Assembly (NCBI GenBank): GCA_002269645.1
Contig: NIVC01001666.1
Location: 186,001 to 250,000 of the forward strand
Source: Macrostomum lignano
Taxonomy: Eukaryota
DNA length: 64,000 nucleotides
Direction: 5' to 3'
In this document: positions 12,383 through 26,507 of the stretch, piece after piece
Layout of the letters: the number at the start of each line of letters is the position of its first letter
Numbering within the stretch: position 1 is the first letter of the stretch
The notes under the pieces: model-generated
The model's input: the letters and a program-made list of their open reading frames with translations, nothing else
The model's database searches: none
What the model was told of the DNA's origin: nothing
Position numbers and translations under genes: made by a program

Positions 12383-14874
12383 AGAGACAAAGCCAAACGC
12401 CAAGTACCAGCCAGTGGACTGGTTCACCAACGCGTACGCAATTTCGTCTAACGCCGAGCGTCAGCGAGAAGCCTCCGATCAGGTGCGCCAGGAGGCCCGA
12501 TTCCTGCGCAACGAGACCGACAACAAGACCAAATGGGACCAGAAGGACAACAACACCCGTCTAGCCGACCGCGTCGATGTCATCCGCAAGTGGAAGGAAA
12601 TCCTCGAGCAGACTTTGGGCGACCTTGATGCCGAAATTTCCAAGCTGAGCGAGTCCAAGGAGCAGACCGAGGAGGCTCTGGAGCGCAAGAACCTGCCCAC
12701 TGACACCGTCAACGAGTGCCTGACTGTTCGTGACGGACGTCGAAGCATCGATAACGTTGAGGACGAGATCGAGCATCAGCTGCGCAAGGTTAGTCATGGT
12801 TTCACCGTTTTCTCGATAAAGTATCAATAATTTGCTAACATACCTACTGTTAGTAGCTCGAATGAGTTATTTACAATGCATATTGCTATCGTCTAGGAGC
12901 AAGAGGTGATCGCTAAGGCCAAGCGCAATCTTCAGCAGAAAGTTGACGAGCAGTTCGAGCAGCTGTGCGTCCTGCAGGAGGCCCGCCAGCAAATCCTGGC
13001 CGACCTGCAGAACAAGAACATCGCTCTGGGCATCGACATCGATCAGTACAATCTGAACGAGCAGAGCCCCAACATCTCCTACAAGCCGAACCCCACCCGG
13101 GTGCCCAAGGGCAGCACCACCCCGCAGCAGTGGGAGGACTTCAGCCGGTACAATGTGGACCGGGCCAAGGCTGAGATCGCGTCTAGCGGCCGCCTGCGCG
13201 AGGCCGCCCACCGTACCATCCACGACACGGACAACGACCTGGAGTCCCAGCGGCAGGCCAGCGACTACGCGCTGAGGAAGCGACTGCACGAAGAGGAGCA
13301 GGTCAGGCTGAGGGGATCGACACTGCATCATCTTTGAGTTCAATGCTCAAAACTTTGAAGTCATCTCATAAATCTTTCATCCAAACTCTCTATCTCCAAA
13401 CTCTTCGTCCGAATGTCTTCAACCAATTTTTTTCTGTCAAAGATTGTAAACCCGACCTCTTCATCCCACGAACAGGCCAAGGACGAACTCGAGTGGCAGA
13501 AGCAGCAGACTGAGGACGAGATCGCCGAACTTGAGCGGGACATTCGCGCCCTGGAGGAGGCCATCAAAGCGAAGATTCCGCCAGCTAAACTGGCCGAGAC
13601 TCGCCTGGAGAACCGGACAACCCGGCCGGGCGTGGAGCTGTGCCGAGACGCGGTGCAGTACGGCCTCACCGACGAGGTGCAGCAGATCAAGGCCAGCAAA
13701 GACGCTCTCTACGACAAGCTCAAGCAGGCTCGGTATGCCTTAATTATGCTTCTATTTCTTAGCTACTAATAGTAGATTTGTTGCAAATTATTATTTAAAA
13801 AACACAATCTCACCTGCACTTTAAAAAGAGCTGCCGGTCCGGTAAGTGGATCAGTCAGGAGAAAATAGAACTCATTTTGAGAGAAGGGGGAGGAGGAAGA
13901 TCGAGGGGGCGGGAGGAACCCGAGTTTCTCGGAAACGGGAAAGCAATGTCTAAATGAAGATGAGCACACAGCAGCACTGTAGATTGCTTGCTTGGACAGA
14001 GTGACTCCGAGCAAGAGAGGGAAGGCATGAACTCTAGCCGCAGTGCAGCAGCTGTTATCGACGAGAGACGCCAGGATTCGAAAATTGCTCGCCAAAGATG
14101 AGCCAAGGAGATCATTATTCTCGCTCCGGTTTTGGGTTTGAAATTGAGATGGATTTGAGCAGCTCAGGGCAGAATGAAAAGGAAATGCGAATAAATGATG
14201 TCGGTGAGAAGCTGGAAGATAAAGTCGACTTGAAACACTAATAAATATTTAAATACGTCAGTGTGAATACTGACTCCATCGACTCAGTCATCTCTCCTGC
14301 ACTCAACTCCATCGACTCAGTCATCTTTCCTGCACTCAACCCCATCGACTCAGTCATCTTTCCTGCACTCAACTCCATCGACTCAGTCATCTCTCCTGCA
14401 CGCAACTCCATCGACTCAGTCATCTCTCCTGCACGCAACTCCATCGACTCAGTCATCTCTCCTGCACGCAACTCCATCGACTCAGTCATCTCTCCTGCAC
14501 TCAACTCCATTGACTCAGCCATCTCTCCTGCACTCAACTCCATCGACTCAGTCATCTCTCCTGCACTCAACTCCATTGACTCAGCCATCTCTCCTGCACT
14601 CAACTCCATCGACTCAGTCATCTTACCTGCTCCGACTCCGTCATCATTCTAAGCCCTCCACCCTCGCCTCCAACCCCTCAGGCACAACCTCGACGGCCTG
14701 CAGAAGCAGCTGGACCGAATCAACGCTGACCTGGCCGAGAAGACCAACTCAATCATGCTCGATAGGCGCACGGCCGACGTTAGAAACCGCCTAGCAACCA
14801 AGCCGATAACTCAGACCGATGGCAACATGCTCAAGACGGGCATCACCCGCGAACGGAGCAAGGTCTTGGCCTGA
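12375..14874 (+). CDS. TEKT2: Tektin-2 (tektin B1-like), complete, 4 exons, 422 aa
   Basis: Exons 12375-12788, 12897-13301, 13476-13732, 14682-14874, with canonical GT-AG and matching phases (0,0,2); total 1269 nt. Tektin signature RPGVELCRD. TEKT2-typical segments QVRQEARFLRNET, NPTRVPKGSTTPQQWEDFSRYN, QYGLTDEV. ATG in GCCATGG context. Confidence 0.96.
14272..14635. repeat. 33-bp minisatellite CTCCATCGACTCAGTCATCTCTCCTGCACTCAA
   Basis: About 11 copies in tektin intron 3. Confidence 0.95.
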
Positions 14875-15494
14875 GAAAATATAACAAAATGACGAACTCC
14901 CTTGACAATAACGGAACAACTCAGACTAAATGTTGCACTTTTACTCTGCTGCTGAGGTGTTTGGCCCAATTTATTTTCACTTTAGAAAATATTACCAGAT
15001 AATTTAGTTCAGATAAACAAAGAAAGATTGTTTTGTTTGAGCAGAAAGTAAAGCCTATTTCTCAAAGTTTTTCCTCAATAACTGACTGTTCTTGCTTCTT
15101 TTTTTTCAATTTTTTTCCTTTCCTCTCCGATCGCTTCTCCTAGTTTTTGCGGTTTTATCTTAACTGATGGATTTAAACGCTTGTATTAGCTAGCGGGCTC
15201 AATTAGCGATATAAAGGACAAGATGTACTTAGTGTACAAGTCCGCACACAACAATGTAATTTCAGATTACAGTAAAGCTAGTTGTAATGCCTTGTGGGCT
15301 GGTTAGATAATTGAGTCTACGGTGTCCCGTCTACTGCCACCCCCATTTTCGCCCTGTTTTTGGTCTGTATGAATCAAACAGTTAAAGTTGTCAAAATAAA
15401 TTTATAACTATGCGAGGCTTTACTTTGTCTGCTAAGTGCGTCAATATAAATAATATACGGTTGAAATTTATTGGCTGACATTGCTGGCTCATTT

Positions 15495-16868
15495 TAAACA
15501 CAATCTGTCTCTTTCTAAACACAATCTGTCTCTTTCTAAACACAATCTGTCTCTTTCTAAACACAATCTGTCTCTTTCTAAACACAATCTGTCTCTTTAT
15601 AAACACAATCCGTCTCTTTCTAAACACAATCTGTCTCTTTCTAAACACAATCTATCTCTTTCTAAACACAATCTGTCTCTTTCTAAACACAATCTGTCTC
15701 TTTCTAAACACAATCTGTCTCTTATAAACACAATCAGTCTCTTTCTAAACACAATCATTATTCTGTAAACACAATCTGTCTCTTTATAAACACAATCCGT
15801 CTCTTTCTAAACACAATCCGTCTCTTTCTAAACACAATCTGTCTCTTTCTAAACACAATCTGTCTCTTATAAACACAATCAGTCTCTTTCTAAACACAAT
15901 CATTATTCTGTAAACACAATCTGTCTCTTTCTAAACACAATCTGTCTCTTTCTAAACACAATCTATCTCTTTCTAAACACAATCTGTCTCTTTCTAAACA
16001 CAATCTGTCTCTTTCTAAACACAATCTGTCTCTTCCTAAACACAATCATTATTCTGTAAACACAATCTGTCTCTTTATAAACACAATCCGTCTCTTTCTA
16101 AACACAATCCGTCTCTTTCTAAACACAATCTGTCTCTTTCTAAACACAATCTGTCTCTTATAAACACAATCAGTCTCTTTCTAAACACAATCATTATTCT
16201 GTAAACACAATCTGTCTCTTTCTAAACACAATCATTATTCTGTAAACACAATCTGTCTCTTTCTAAACACAATCATTATTCTGTAAACACAATCCGTCTC
16301 TTTCTAAACACAATCTGTCTCTTCCTAAACACAATCATTATTCTGTAAACACAATCTGTCTCTTTATAAACACAATCCGTCTCTTTCTAAACACAATCTG
16401 TCTCTTTCTAAACACAATCTATCTCTTTCTAAACACAATCTGTCTCTTCCTAAACACAATCATTATTCTGTAAACACAATCTGTCTCTTTCTAAACACAA
16501 TCTGTCTCTTATAAACACAATCTGTCTCTTTCTAAACACAATCTATCTCTTTCTAAACACAATCTGTCTCTTATAAACACAATCTGTCTCTTTCTAAACA
16601 CAATATGTCTCTTATAAACACAATCTGTCTCTTTCTAAACACAATCTGTCTCTTATAAACACAATCAGTCTTTTTCTAAACACAATCATTATTCTGTAAA
16701 CACAATCTGTCTCTTTCTAAACACAATCATTATTCTGTAAACACAATCTGTCTCTTTCTAAACACAATCATTATTCTGTAAACACAATCCGTCTCTTTCT
16801 AAACACAATCATTATTCTGTAAACACAATCCGTCTCTTTCTAAACACAATCATTATTCTGTAAACACA
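15495..16868. repeat. 21-bp satellite AAACACAATCTGTCTCTTTCT with interspersed AAACACAATCATTATTCTGT variant
   Basis: Long array downstream of tektin. Confidence 0.96.
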
Positions 16869-17374
16869 ATTACCCACTCTGTCTCAATTCCCTTTTCATC
16901 TGAACCCGTAAACTCTCAACTATCTTAAAACTCCCTTTGCCCTTTAAAATCCAAAGTCTGCAGTTGCCAGCGCGGAGCATTGAATTTCGCTCTACATATA
17001 ATGCACTATTGGCTCTCATGTCTGCTCCTGCACCAATCTCTTCTTGTTAAATCGTGTGTTGCATTAGCATTCCCGCAATCATTTCTGATTAGAAATCTTT
17101 AAAAGAGGTAAGGCATTAACAGAAATTGCAATCTAGATTCAAATACATTCTGCCCGCGGCAATATTAAACCCTATTGCAGTCGCCTCATCAAGTGCTTGT
17201 TAATCTGTGCGGATAAGGAGATTGGATAAAGGGATTAATTTGCTATAGATTAAGTAAATTAAAAATTCCTGTGTAAATTTCAAAGAATAAACAAGAGTGC
17301 TCAGTATTGTGTTTTTGCATTGAAATTAAGGACGCTGATTAATAAAATTTATCCAACAGCCCTTCAACATTGAA

Positions 17375-17712
17375 CTAACAGATGTCTAACAGCCTCAAAC
17401 ACTCAACTAACAGATGTCTAACAGCCTCAAGCACCAAACTAACAAACATCTAACAGCCTTGAACACTCAATTAACAGATATCTAACAGCCTTGAACACTC
17501 AACTAACAGATGTCTAACAGCCTCGAACACTCAATTAACAGATGTCTAACAGCCTTGAACACTCAATTAACAGATATCTAACAGCCTCGAACACTCAACT
17601 AACAGATATCTAACAGCCTTGAACACTCAATTAACAGATACCTAACAGCCTCGAACACTCAACTAATAGATATCTGACAGCCTCGAACACTCAATTAACA
17701 GATATCTAACAG
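17375..17712. repeat. 32-bp minisatellite AATTAACAGATATCTAACAGCCTTGAACACTC
   Basis: About 10 tandem copies. Confidence 0.92.
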
Positions 17713-18151
17713 CACTGAAATTCAGACAAGAAATTCATTAACAAGACGCCAACAGGAAAGCAATTACAGAAATTTCAGCAGTGCACGCAAACAATTTTGC
17801 TGGAGCCCCCCCCCCGCAATTACGAGTCGCATTTCTTCTGCTCATCTCTTCCCCCACTGCATTTCCAACCTCGCCATTGGCTTGGAAACTGGGGCTGCTG
17901 GCTTCAACGTAGCGACCCAGCGACCCAATGGCCGTAAAGAGTTTCACTGAGTAAATCATTATAGGGTCATGTTCAGCCTTCAGTTTGCATTGGGAAGACG
18001 AATCCAGATATTGCAAAATTGCAAAGCAGAAGAAGAATTTTATATTTTATAATTTTCTCCACGATCTCCCTGCAAACATTTTACAGAGAATTCTGCCCAT
18101 GTGCCAACCCAACTGACTTCGTGAGTGCAACTGCTGCTCTTTGATGGACAG

Positions 18152-18262
<111 letters not shown>

Positions 18263-18504
18263 GTTTCAATTTTCCCTCAAAGCGCGGAAAGCTTTCGGGC
18301 CCCGCCAGTTTGTCCCGGATTTCGCTCCTTTGTCGGGTCCTCGAACTGGGTTGAACTTTTCTGTTCCTCTCTCTCTCAGCTCTGCTGCAATATGTTAGTC
18401 TGAAAATCGTGTCATTGTCTTCTTTCTCTACTTCAAAGAGTTTATTCCCGGCAACTATTCGGAAATTAACAGGTATTCCTGGCACATTCAGAAAGGGGCC
18501 CAAT

Positions 18505-18832
18505 CCCAGATCCTCAGTTTCAAAACACGGCCAGCCTCCCAGATCCTCAGTTGCTGGGCCAGCCTCCCAGATCCTCAGTTGCTGGGCTAGCCTCCCAGAT
18601 ACTCAGTTGCTGCGCCAGCCTCCCAGATCCCCTGTTGCTAGGCCAGCCTCCCAGATCCTCAGTTGCTGGGCCAGCCTCCCAGATCCTCAGTTGCTGCGCC
18701 AGCCTCCCAGATCCTCAGTTGCTGGGCCAGCCTCCCAGATCCTCAGTTGCTGCGCCAGCCTCCCAGATCCTCAGGTTCTGGGTCAGCCTCCTAGATCCTC
18801 AGTTGCTGGGCCACAGCCATCCTCCCAGATCC
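18505..18832. repeat. 28-bp minisatellite CCAGCCTCCCAGATCCTCAGTTGCTGGG (locus 1)
   Basis: Tandem copies; the same unit occurs at 39935-40465. Confidence 0.93.
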
Positions 18833-20166
18833 CCTTAAACTGTTACGTAATCAACTGCTAATTCATTTCGTTTTGATTAATGTTCTGATATTTTAGCTTC
18901 TCAAGCAGCTTATCATCCATTAAAAAGATGAACTCAAGGTCTCCCATTTGAGCGCTTCCGCCAAGCAGTTACCCCCCCCCCAGTTCCCTCCCTGACTCTG
19001 CATTTCATTAGCTCTGCTAGAGGGCAATAGATCAGCAGACAGAAGGGGCTCAGAGTGTCTCTGACTTGTCAAACCCGCTGATTGACTGCCTGGGAAAATC
19101 AAGACGGATCAGTAGCGTGCAGGGACAGCAGCCGACCGAGTGGCATTTTCTTTCTTTGCTTCCTCCTTTTTTGCGGAACTAATCGCCTCATATCCTTTCC
19201 ACCCCTTCGTGCTCACTCGCCCGCCAAGCCCGCTGTGCCCAGCATGTCCCGGAGATTGAAACATTTATAATCCGGGCATATTTCCTCACTACGGCCGGGA
19301 CTCCCCCCCCCCGAGTCCTCATTCTCCCTGATCCCCCGTCTGGCCAAATATTCCCCACCCCGGCCTCATCCTCCTTCACAAGTCCAGGGAAAACTCCCGA
19401 CTCGGCGGCCGAGGGAGTGTTGCCCAGGGCTTGAGCCAGCATCCTGCATCCTCCTCTCGGCTCTCTTCCCCAGCTCCATCCGCCAAATCCCGCGGGAGAG
19501 TCGCCTGGAATGGGGGGGGGGGGGAGCAGAGCCCACGTCCTCTCCAGTCACAAACAGAAAAATGGGAACATTTTAAAAAAATCTACAATCAAAGAATTAA
19601 AATGCATAAAAGTAATCTCTGATTCTGAAATTTTAATGGCTGCTCTCAAGAGACTGGAGCGGTTATCCATTCGTTGGTCACATCAAGGCAGGGACTTCCG
19701 AAGCAGTCAGGCCCATTCCACTGACCCCTTGAGCACACTCACGCAACGGCCCCTGACTTGGTCATTGTGAAGCCAAGGACCACTCAAGTATAGAAAGACT
19801 GGAAACCATGCTTCGTGAAAAACTTTAGGAGGCAATACTGCAATAATAATAATTAATATTAATGGTTTTAATTGCCGGAAAGAATATAACTTTTAGAAGT
19901 TGTGATGCAGAAGCACTTTTTAGCGGCTCTTTATCGATTTATTTAATTTTACCGGAACATTCAACAGAGAAAGTCAGCTTCCTGGCTGCAAGCTGAGAAA
20001 GTCTCAACCTGTTGTTTGGTACCTCTTAGACTCTGATTCAAGATGCCAAACTCACAGCTCTAATCTGAATTCCTGTTTGGCTAAGCTAGCAATCCATCAT
20101 ATTTATTTCCGAGCAGCCCCAGCCATGGTCAGCTAGCCCGCTCTCAAGCCTGCCCGACCAGCAGCC

Positions 20167-21047
20167 ATGGAGAGCGTTCTCGTCTTTATGAACAAGAACT
20201 ACTTCCACCGGGCTGGGAGTCTCCTGGCTCCCTGGCACCTGGACTCCAACTACAGCCGGGTTCGAGTCACCGTCAAGACCCGCAAGCTGACTGCGACGCT
20301 GTGCATCGTGGCCGAAGTCAACTCGTCGGGCGCTTCAACAAAGGCGGCCCCGTCAAAGAAGCAGCCAATCACGGCCGCATTCGACAATCGGACGGTGCTG
20401 AAGAAGTCGATGCCCTTGAGCAGCCTGAAGGACGCCAGCCTGTCTTGTCGGGAGGTTCAGCGCACCAGAGTGTACTGCCTGACGCTGCGGCAGAGCAGCC
20501 TGTTGACTGGCGGCACCGTGAATCTGTACCACGAGCGCTACATGGAGATCGACAAGATCTACAGCTTCCTGCACGCCTGCCGACGGCCCATCGGCGTCTT
20601 CCTGGACCTCTTCGACCGGCTGCACAGCGGCCTCGGCCGGGGCAGCTGCGCCGAAGCGTCCGAGGCCGCTGCTGCCCTGGCCGACGGCGGCCGCAGCTGG
20701 GTGGTGAAGCTGCTGAACAACCTGACGGTGCAGAGTCTCGGCCTCTGCTCGGACTATCTCTACGTCCTGCGCGTCACTCAGGACAGCTTTGAACTGCAGG
20801 ACGTCAACCAGTCGTGCATCCTGCCCTGCCCGCTGGTGAACATCGTGAAGTACGGCTCGCTGAACGGCTGGCTGTTCCTGCAGTACGCCACCTCGTCGTC
20901 CGCAGTCGGCCAGCAGGGCGGCTACTTGGCGCTGCAGTGCAGCCGGGCCCGGCAGCTGCACGCGCTGTTCAAGCAGCTCCTCGGCGGCAAGTTCATCAGG
21001 AAGTGGCCGAGCGATCCGTGCCTGCGGCCAAGCTGTCGGCGACCTCT

Positions 21048-21079
<32 letters not shown>

Positions 21080-21543
21080 TGTCGCCGTCGAACCAGCAAC
21101 CGGGAGGTCACCAGCTGCGCGGCAGCAGTGTTCGACGTCGAGACGCCTCGTTTAACGCCCACCGTCCGCGCTCCCGAGTTCAACTCGACGCTGGGGCCGC
21201 CGGCGGTTCATCAAAGACTCCGTCGCCGTGTCGACGTCGCGGCTCTTTCGGCCGGTTCAGCTTCTTCAAGAAGCAGCGGCTGAAGGAGACTGGCTGGGCC
21301 TTCGCGCACCACCAGTCTGATGTGAGCGTCGCATCGTCGACCTCCTCCGGCGGAGGCGGCGGGCCCGGAGACACTGGCGGCGGCGGCGGCGGCGGCGATG
21401 GCAGCTCGAGCGCGTCATCGGTGGCTTCGCTGTCGCACCTGGACGAGAAACCCAGCCGAAGGCGCTCTGTTATTAAGAGCATCAGACGCGTATCGCGAAG
21501 TCTGAGGCACAGACATGACAAAAAGACTGAGGCAGTAGCTTAG
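20167..21543 (+). CDS. Intronless 458-aa ORF, putative PH + IRS/DOK-type PTB adaptor protein
   Basis: Long GC-rich ORF with the same codon style as the other exons and a GCCATGG start. Residues ~180-270 (YVLRVTQDSFELQD..CPLVNIVKYG..WLFLQY..GYLALQCSRARQL) follow the IRS/DOK PTB pattern. The N-terminal ~135 aa are PH-like by inference. Low-complexity Q/G/S tail. The ORF is solid; the product name is inferred. Confidence 0.65.
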
Positions 21544-21574
21544 AAAGTTTTACGAGAACTTATAGCGAAATTGG

Positions 21575-22642
21575 CTTCGAAGGAGGGTGGGTGGAGGAGG
21601 AGGGCTGGGTGCGAGAGGAGGGTAGGGTGAAATATGAGGGGTGGGTGCAGGAGGAGGGCTGGGTGCAAGATGAGGGGGAAGAGGAGGGATGGGTGCAAGT
21701 GGAGGGGGAAAAGAGGAGGGGTGGGTGCTAGTGGAGGGGTGGGTTCAAGAGGAGGGGGGAAGAGGAGGGCTGGGTGCAAGAGGAGGGGGAAGAGGAGGGT
21801 GGGTGCAAGAGGAGGGGAGGGGTAGGTGCTAGAGGAGGGGGAAGAGGAGGGGTGGATGCAAGAGGGGGGGAAGAGGAGGGGTGGGTGCAAGAGGAGGGAG
21901 GAAGAGGAGGGGTGGGTGCAAGAGGAGGGAGGAAGAGGAGGGGTGGGTGCAAGAGGAGGGGGAAGAGGAGGGCTGGGTGCAAGAGGAGGGGTGGGTGCAG
22001 GAAGAGTGGTGGGTGCAGGAGGAAGAGGGGTGGGTGCAGGAGGAGGGGTGGGTGCAAGAGGAGGGGTAAGTGCATAGTTCAACAGCAGTGGGTGCAAGTG
22101 GAGGGGTGGGTGCAAGTGGAGGGGTGGGTGCAAGAGGAGGAGGAAGAGGAGGGGTGGGTGCAAGAGGAGGGGTGGGTGCAGGAAGAGTGGTGGGTGCAGG
22201 AGGAAGAGGGGTGGGTGCAGGAGGAGGGGTGGGTGCAAGAGGAGGGGTAAGTGCATAGTTCAACAGCAATGGGTGCAAGTGGAGGGGTGGGTGCAAGTGG
22301 AGGGGTGGGTGCAAGAGGAGGGGGGAAGAGGAGGAGTGGGTGCAAGAGGAGGGGTGGGTGCAGGAAGAGTGGTGGGTGCAGGAGGAAGAGGGGTGGGTGC
22401 AGGAGGAGGGGTGGGTGCAAGAGGAGGGGTAAGTGCATAGTTCAACAGCAATGGGTGCAAGTGGAGGGGTGGGTGCAAGTGGAGGGGTGGGTGCAAGAGG
22501 AGGGGGGAAGAGGAGGAGTGGGTGCAAGAGGAGGGGTGGGTGCAGGAAGAGTGGTGGGTGCAGGAGGAAGAGGGGTGGGTGCAGGAGGAGGGGTGGGTGC
22601 AAGAGGAGGGGTAAGTGCATCGTTCAACAGCAGTGGGTGCAG
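21575..22642. repeat. G/purine-rich array (GAGGAGGGGTGGGTGCAA) with ~182-bp higher-order period
   Basis: The marker GTGCAT(A/C)GTTCAACAGCA recurs at 22070, 22251, 22433 and 22615. Confidence 0.9.
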
Positions 22643-22966
22643 GAGAGTTGCGTATCCCAGAAGTCCAGCAGGAAATGAGTTCAGTCCTCAACAAACATTG
22701 CACAAGGCGTTACAATCGAGTAAACACACGGAAGCAGTGTGCTCAAGAGAATACTCGGATTATGAAATTTGCTGAGTGCTACAAGGCGTCACAGGGGGTC
22801 ATTTTGTCTAGGGAAGAAGCAGAGAGAGCGACAGGAGAGGATTGTGCAAAGGAAGTCGCTCTGGAGTTAGTGTTTGAGAAGAACTGAGCGCAAATAAGCC
22901 CAAGGTATGGAAGCACTGGCTGCACATCTTCCGAAAGCTGCTTAAGTGCAGAGGCATCGGGCCTTT

Positions 22967-23087
<121 letters not shown>

Positions 23088-23504
23088 CTGCCTCCGTGAG
23101 CCTTGTCGCCTCTTTCTGAGTTTCTTTATTAGGCTTCAGTTAAAAAAGCCGATTTCACACATTAACTGAGAATTCGCTCGGTTTCAGCAATAACCTGCGC
23201 CCTCCCACACACATCTGTCTGGCCGGGCCTCACTGCTATCCGATTTCTCATTTTCAGCCTCCCAGATGAAGCGTGTTGTACAGATAAAGTAAAAGTGCAC
23301 TACGCTGATTGGAGCAGCTGTGTCATTTCTCTGTGCAGCAGTTCATCTTTCCAGCTTAATCTCCGTCATTCCATGTCATACTGCAACATTGTACCTTATA
23401 TTCATGCACTGGCAAACTCTGTGACCTGCAGATTATCGAGTATTAAAGAGGCTGGATCTTCTGCATCGAATTTTTTCTGCATCGATTTTATTCTGCATCG
23501 ATTA

Positions 23505-24150
<646 letters not shown>

Positions 24151-24760
24151 GCAGATATGGCAATAGAAATCCCGCAGAAAAAGCAAAAGGGGAAGAAGAA
24201 GCAGGGGAAATGAGCGGGACCGAAGGCGGCCGGGCCGCAAGCCTCCGCCTATCCGCCAGTTAATTACCACGCAACCTGCGGGCGGTGAGGTCAGGTGCTT
24301 CTCTCTGCTCAAAGCTCTCCTTGTCTATCGAGTCTCATCTGAAAGGGATTTCTTTCCATCTCAAAGCCAGCAGCAGCCCCGACTGAGTGGCCGGGGAACG
24401 CATCTGGGCATAGGGGCTTGTCTGGATGAATGGGACAGTCATCCCCTGTTCCAATTCAACATGCAGCATCAAGAACAGCCTCTGGACTGACATCAGCCTC
24501 TACCTGTCATGTGGTCACTGTTCCGACAATATCAATTTCATCAATTTTTATTGCGATGTGTCCTGTCGACATGGCTTTTTATTCAATGTGTTTTTGTCAT
24601 GCAACTGTAAAGTACATCCTCAACTTGATTTTATGAGAATAATTCACTATTTTGCGTTGCCCTGATTGCCTGGCGTCATTAAAAACTGCTTTGAGTTATA
24701 TTAGATATGAATATTGATTATGAAATATGCAGAGTTTAACAAACCAATAACTATTTGTCG

Positions 24761-26077
24761 CATCTGACCGAATACTCAGCAATCATCTGACAGAATACTC
24801 AGCAATCATCTGACAGAATACTCAGCAATCATCTGACAGAATACTCAGCAATCATCTGACAGAATACTCAGCAATCATCTGACAGAATACTCAGCAATCA
24901 TCTGACCGAATACTCAGCAATCATCTGACAGAATACTCAGCAATCATCTGACAGAATACTCAGCAATCATCTGACCGAATACTCAGCAATCATCTGACAG
25001 AATACTCAGCAATCATCTGACAGAATACTCAGCAATCATCTGACAGAATACTCAGCAATCATCTGACAGAATACTCAGCAATCATCTGACAGAATACTCA
25101 GCAATCATCTGACAGAATACTCAGCAATCATCTGACAGAATACTCAGCAATCATCTGACAGAATACTCAGCAATCATCTGACAGAATACTCAGCAATCAT
25201 CTGACAGAATACTCAGCAATCATCTGACAGAATACTCAGCAATCATCTGACAGAATACTCAGCAATCATCTGACAGAATACTCAGCAATCATCTGACAGA
25301 ATACTCAGCAATCATCTGACAGAATACTCAGCAATCATCTGACAGAATACTCAGCAATCATCTGACAGAATACTCAGCAATCATCTGACAGAATACTCAG
25401 CAATCATCTGACAGAATACTCAGCAATCATCTGACAGAATACTCAGCAATCATCTGACAGAATACTCAGCAATCATCTGACAGAATACTCAGCAATCATC
25501 TGACAGAATACTCAGCAATCATCTGACCGAATACTCAGCAATCATCTGACAGAATACTCAGCAATCATCTGACAGAATACTCAGCAATCATCTGACAGAA
25601 TACTCAGCAATCATCTGACAGAATACTCAGCAATCATCTGATAGAATACTCAGCAATCATCTGACAGAATACTCAGCAATCATCTGCAGCAATCATCTGA
25701 CAGAATACCCAGCAATCATCTGACAGAATACTCAGCAATCATCTGACAGAATACTCAGCAATCATCTGACAGAATACTCAGCAATCATCTGACAGAATAC
25801 TCAGCAATCATCTGACAGAATACTCAGCAATCATCTGACAGAATACTCAGCAATCATCTGACAGAATACTCAGCAATCATCTGACAGAATACTCAGCAAT
25901 CATCTGACAGAATACTCAGCAATCATCTGAAATCTGACAGAATACTCAGCAATCATCTGACAGAATACTCAGCAATCATCTGACAGAATACTCAGCAATC
26001 ATCTGACAGAATACTCAGCAATCATCTGACAGAATACTCAGCAATCATCTGACAGAATACTCAGCAATCATCTGACA
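24761..26077. repeat. 23-bp satellite TCTGACAGAATACTCAGCAATCA, ~57 almost identical copies
   Basis: Direct reading; no spacers between units. Confidence 0.98.
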
Positions 26078-26507
26078 GTTAAAAAAAGCTTTTAAATAAT
26101 TTTCTAGTTAACGATGGCACAAAACTGCGCAATGCTCATTTCAAAAGGTAAAAAAGTGCTTAAAGTCTGAATAAAGTTTTTAGTCCAAGTTTAGTCATAT
26201 CGGAAGCAATTCTGAGTTTGGATTCCTGCCAGGTAAATGAAACTTCACTCTTTTAGTCACGGCATAGCTCGTGGCCACTTCCTGTCAATAAACTGCAGCA
26301 CCTTATAGCTTTATTTGCCGTCATATTTGTCTGTCATATTTTCGTGAGCCCATTACTGAAACATTCGCGTGATATATAAATTCGCAGAAATCCTACTCTA
26401 AGTAGACTGCTGCGAGCGTTAAGTATGACACTCTCAAGATATTAGTGGGCTATGGCCCAGAAATACAAGGCGTATGGACCTATCCGACTGTTGCAAACTA
26501 TCACATC

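Noticed and set aside
17738-18016. 92-aa minus ORF beginning MQYLD like transportin exon 4
   Set aside because: The match is only 13 nt and the rest has no recognisable similarity.
19690-19860. QR-PDLVIVK followed by an (AAT)n run, possibly a relic of a restriction-endonuclease-type LINE 3' end
   Set aside because: Requires a frameshift and contains a stop; similarity is limited to a 6-residue motif.
20301-21521. Overlapping alternative-frame and antisense ORFs over GC-rich exons (also over transportin, tektin, bZIP and the LINE)
   Set aside because: Expected shadow ORFs of GC-rich coding sequence with no independent motifs.
24761-26077. Regular 23-bp repeats suggestive of a CRISPR array
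   Set aside because: No unique spacers, no cas genes, eukaryotic context. The same applies to all other arrays in the window.
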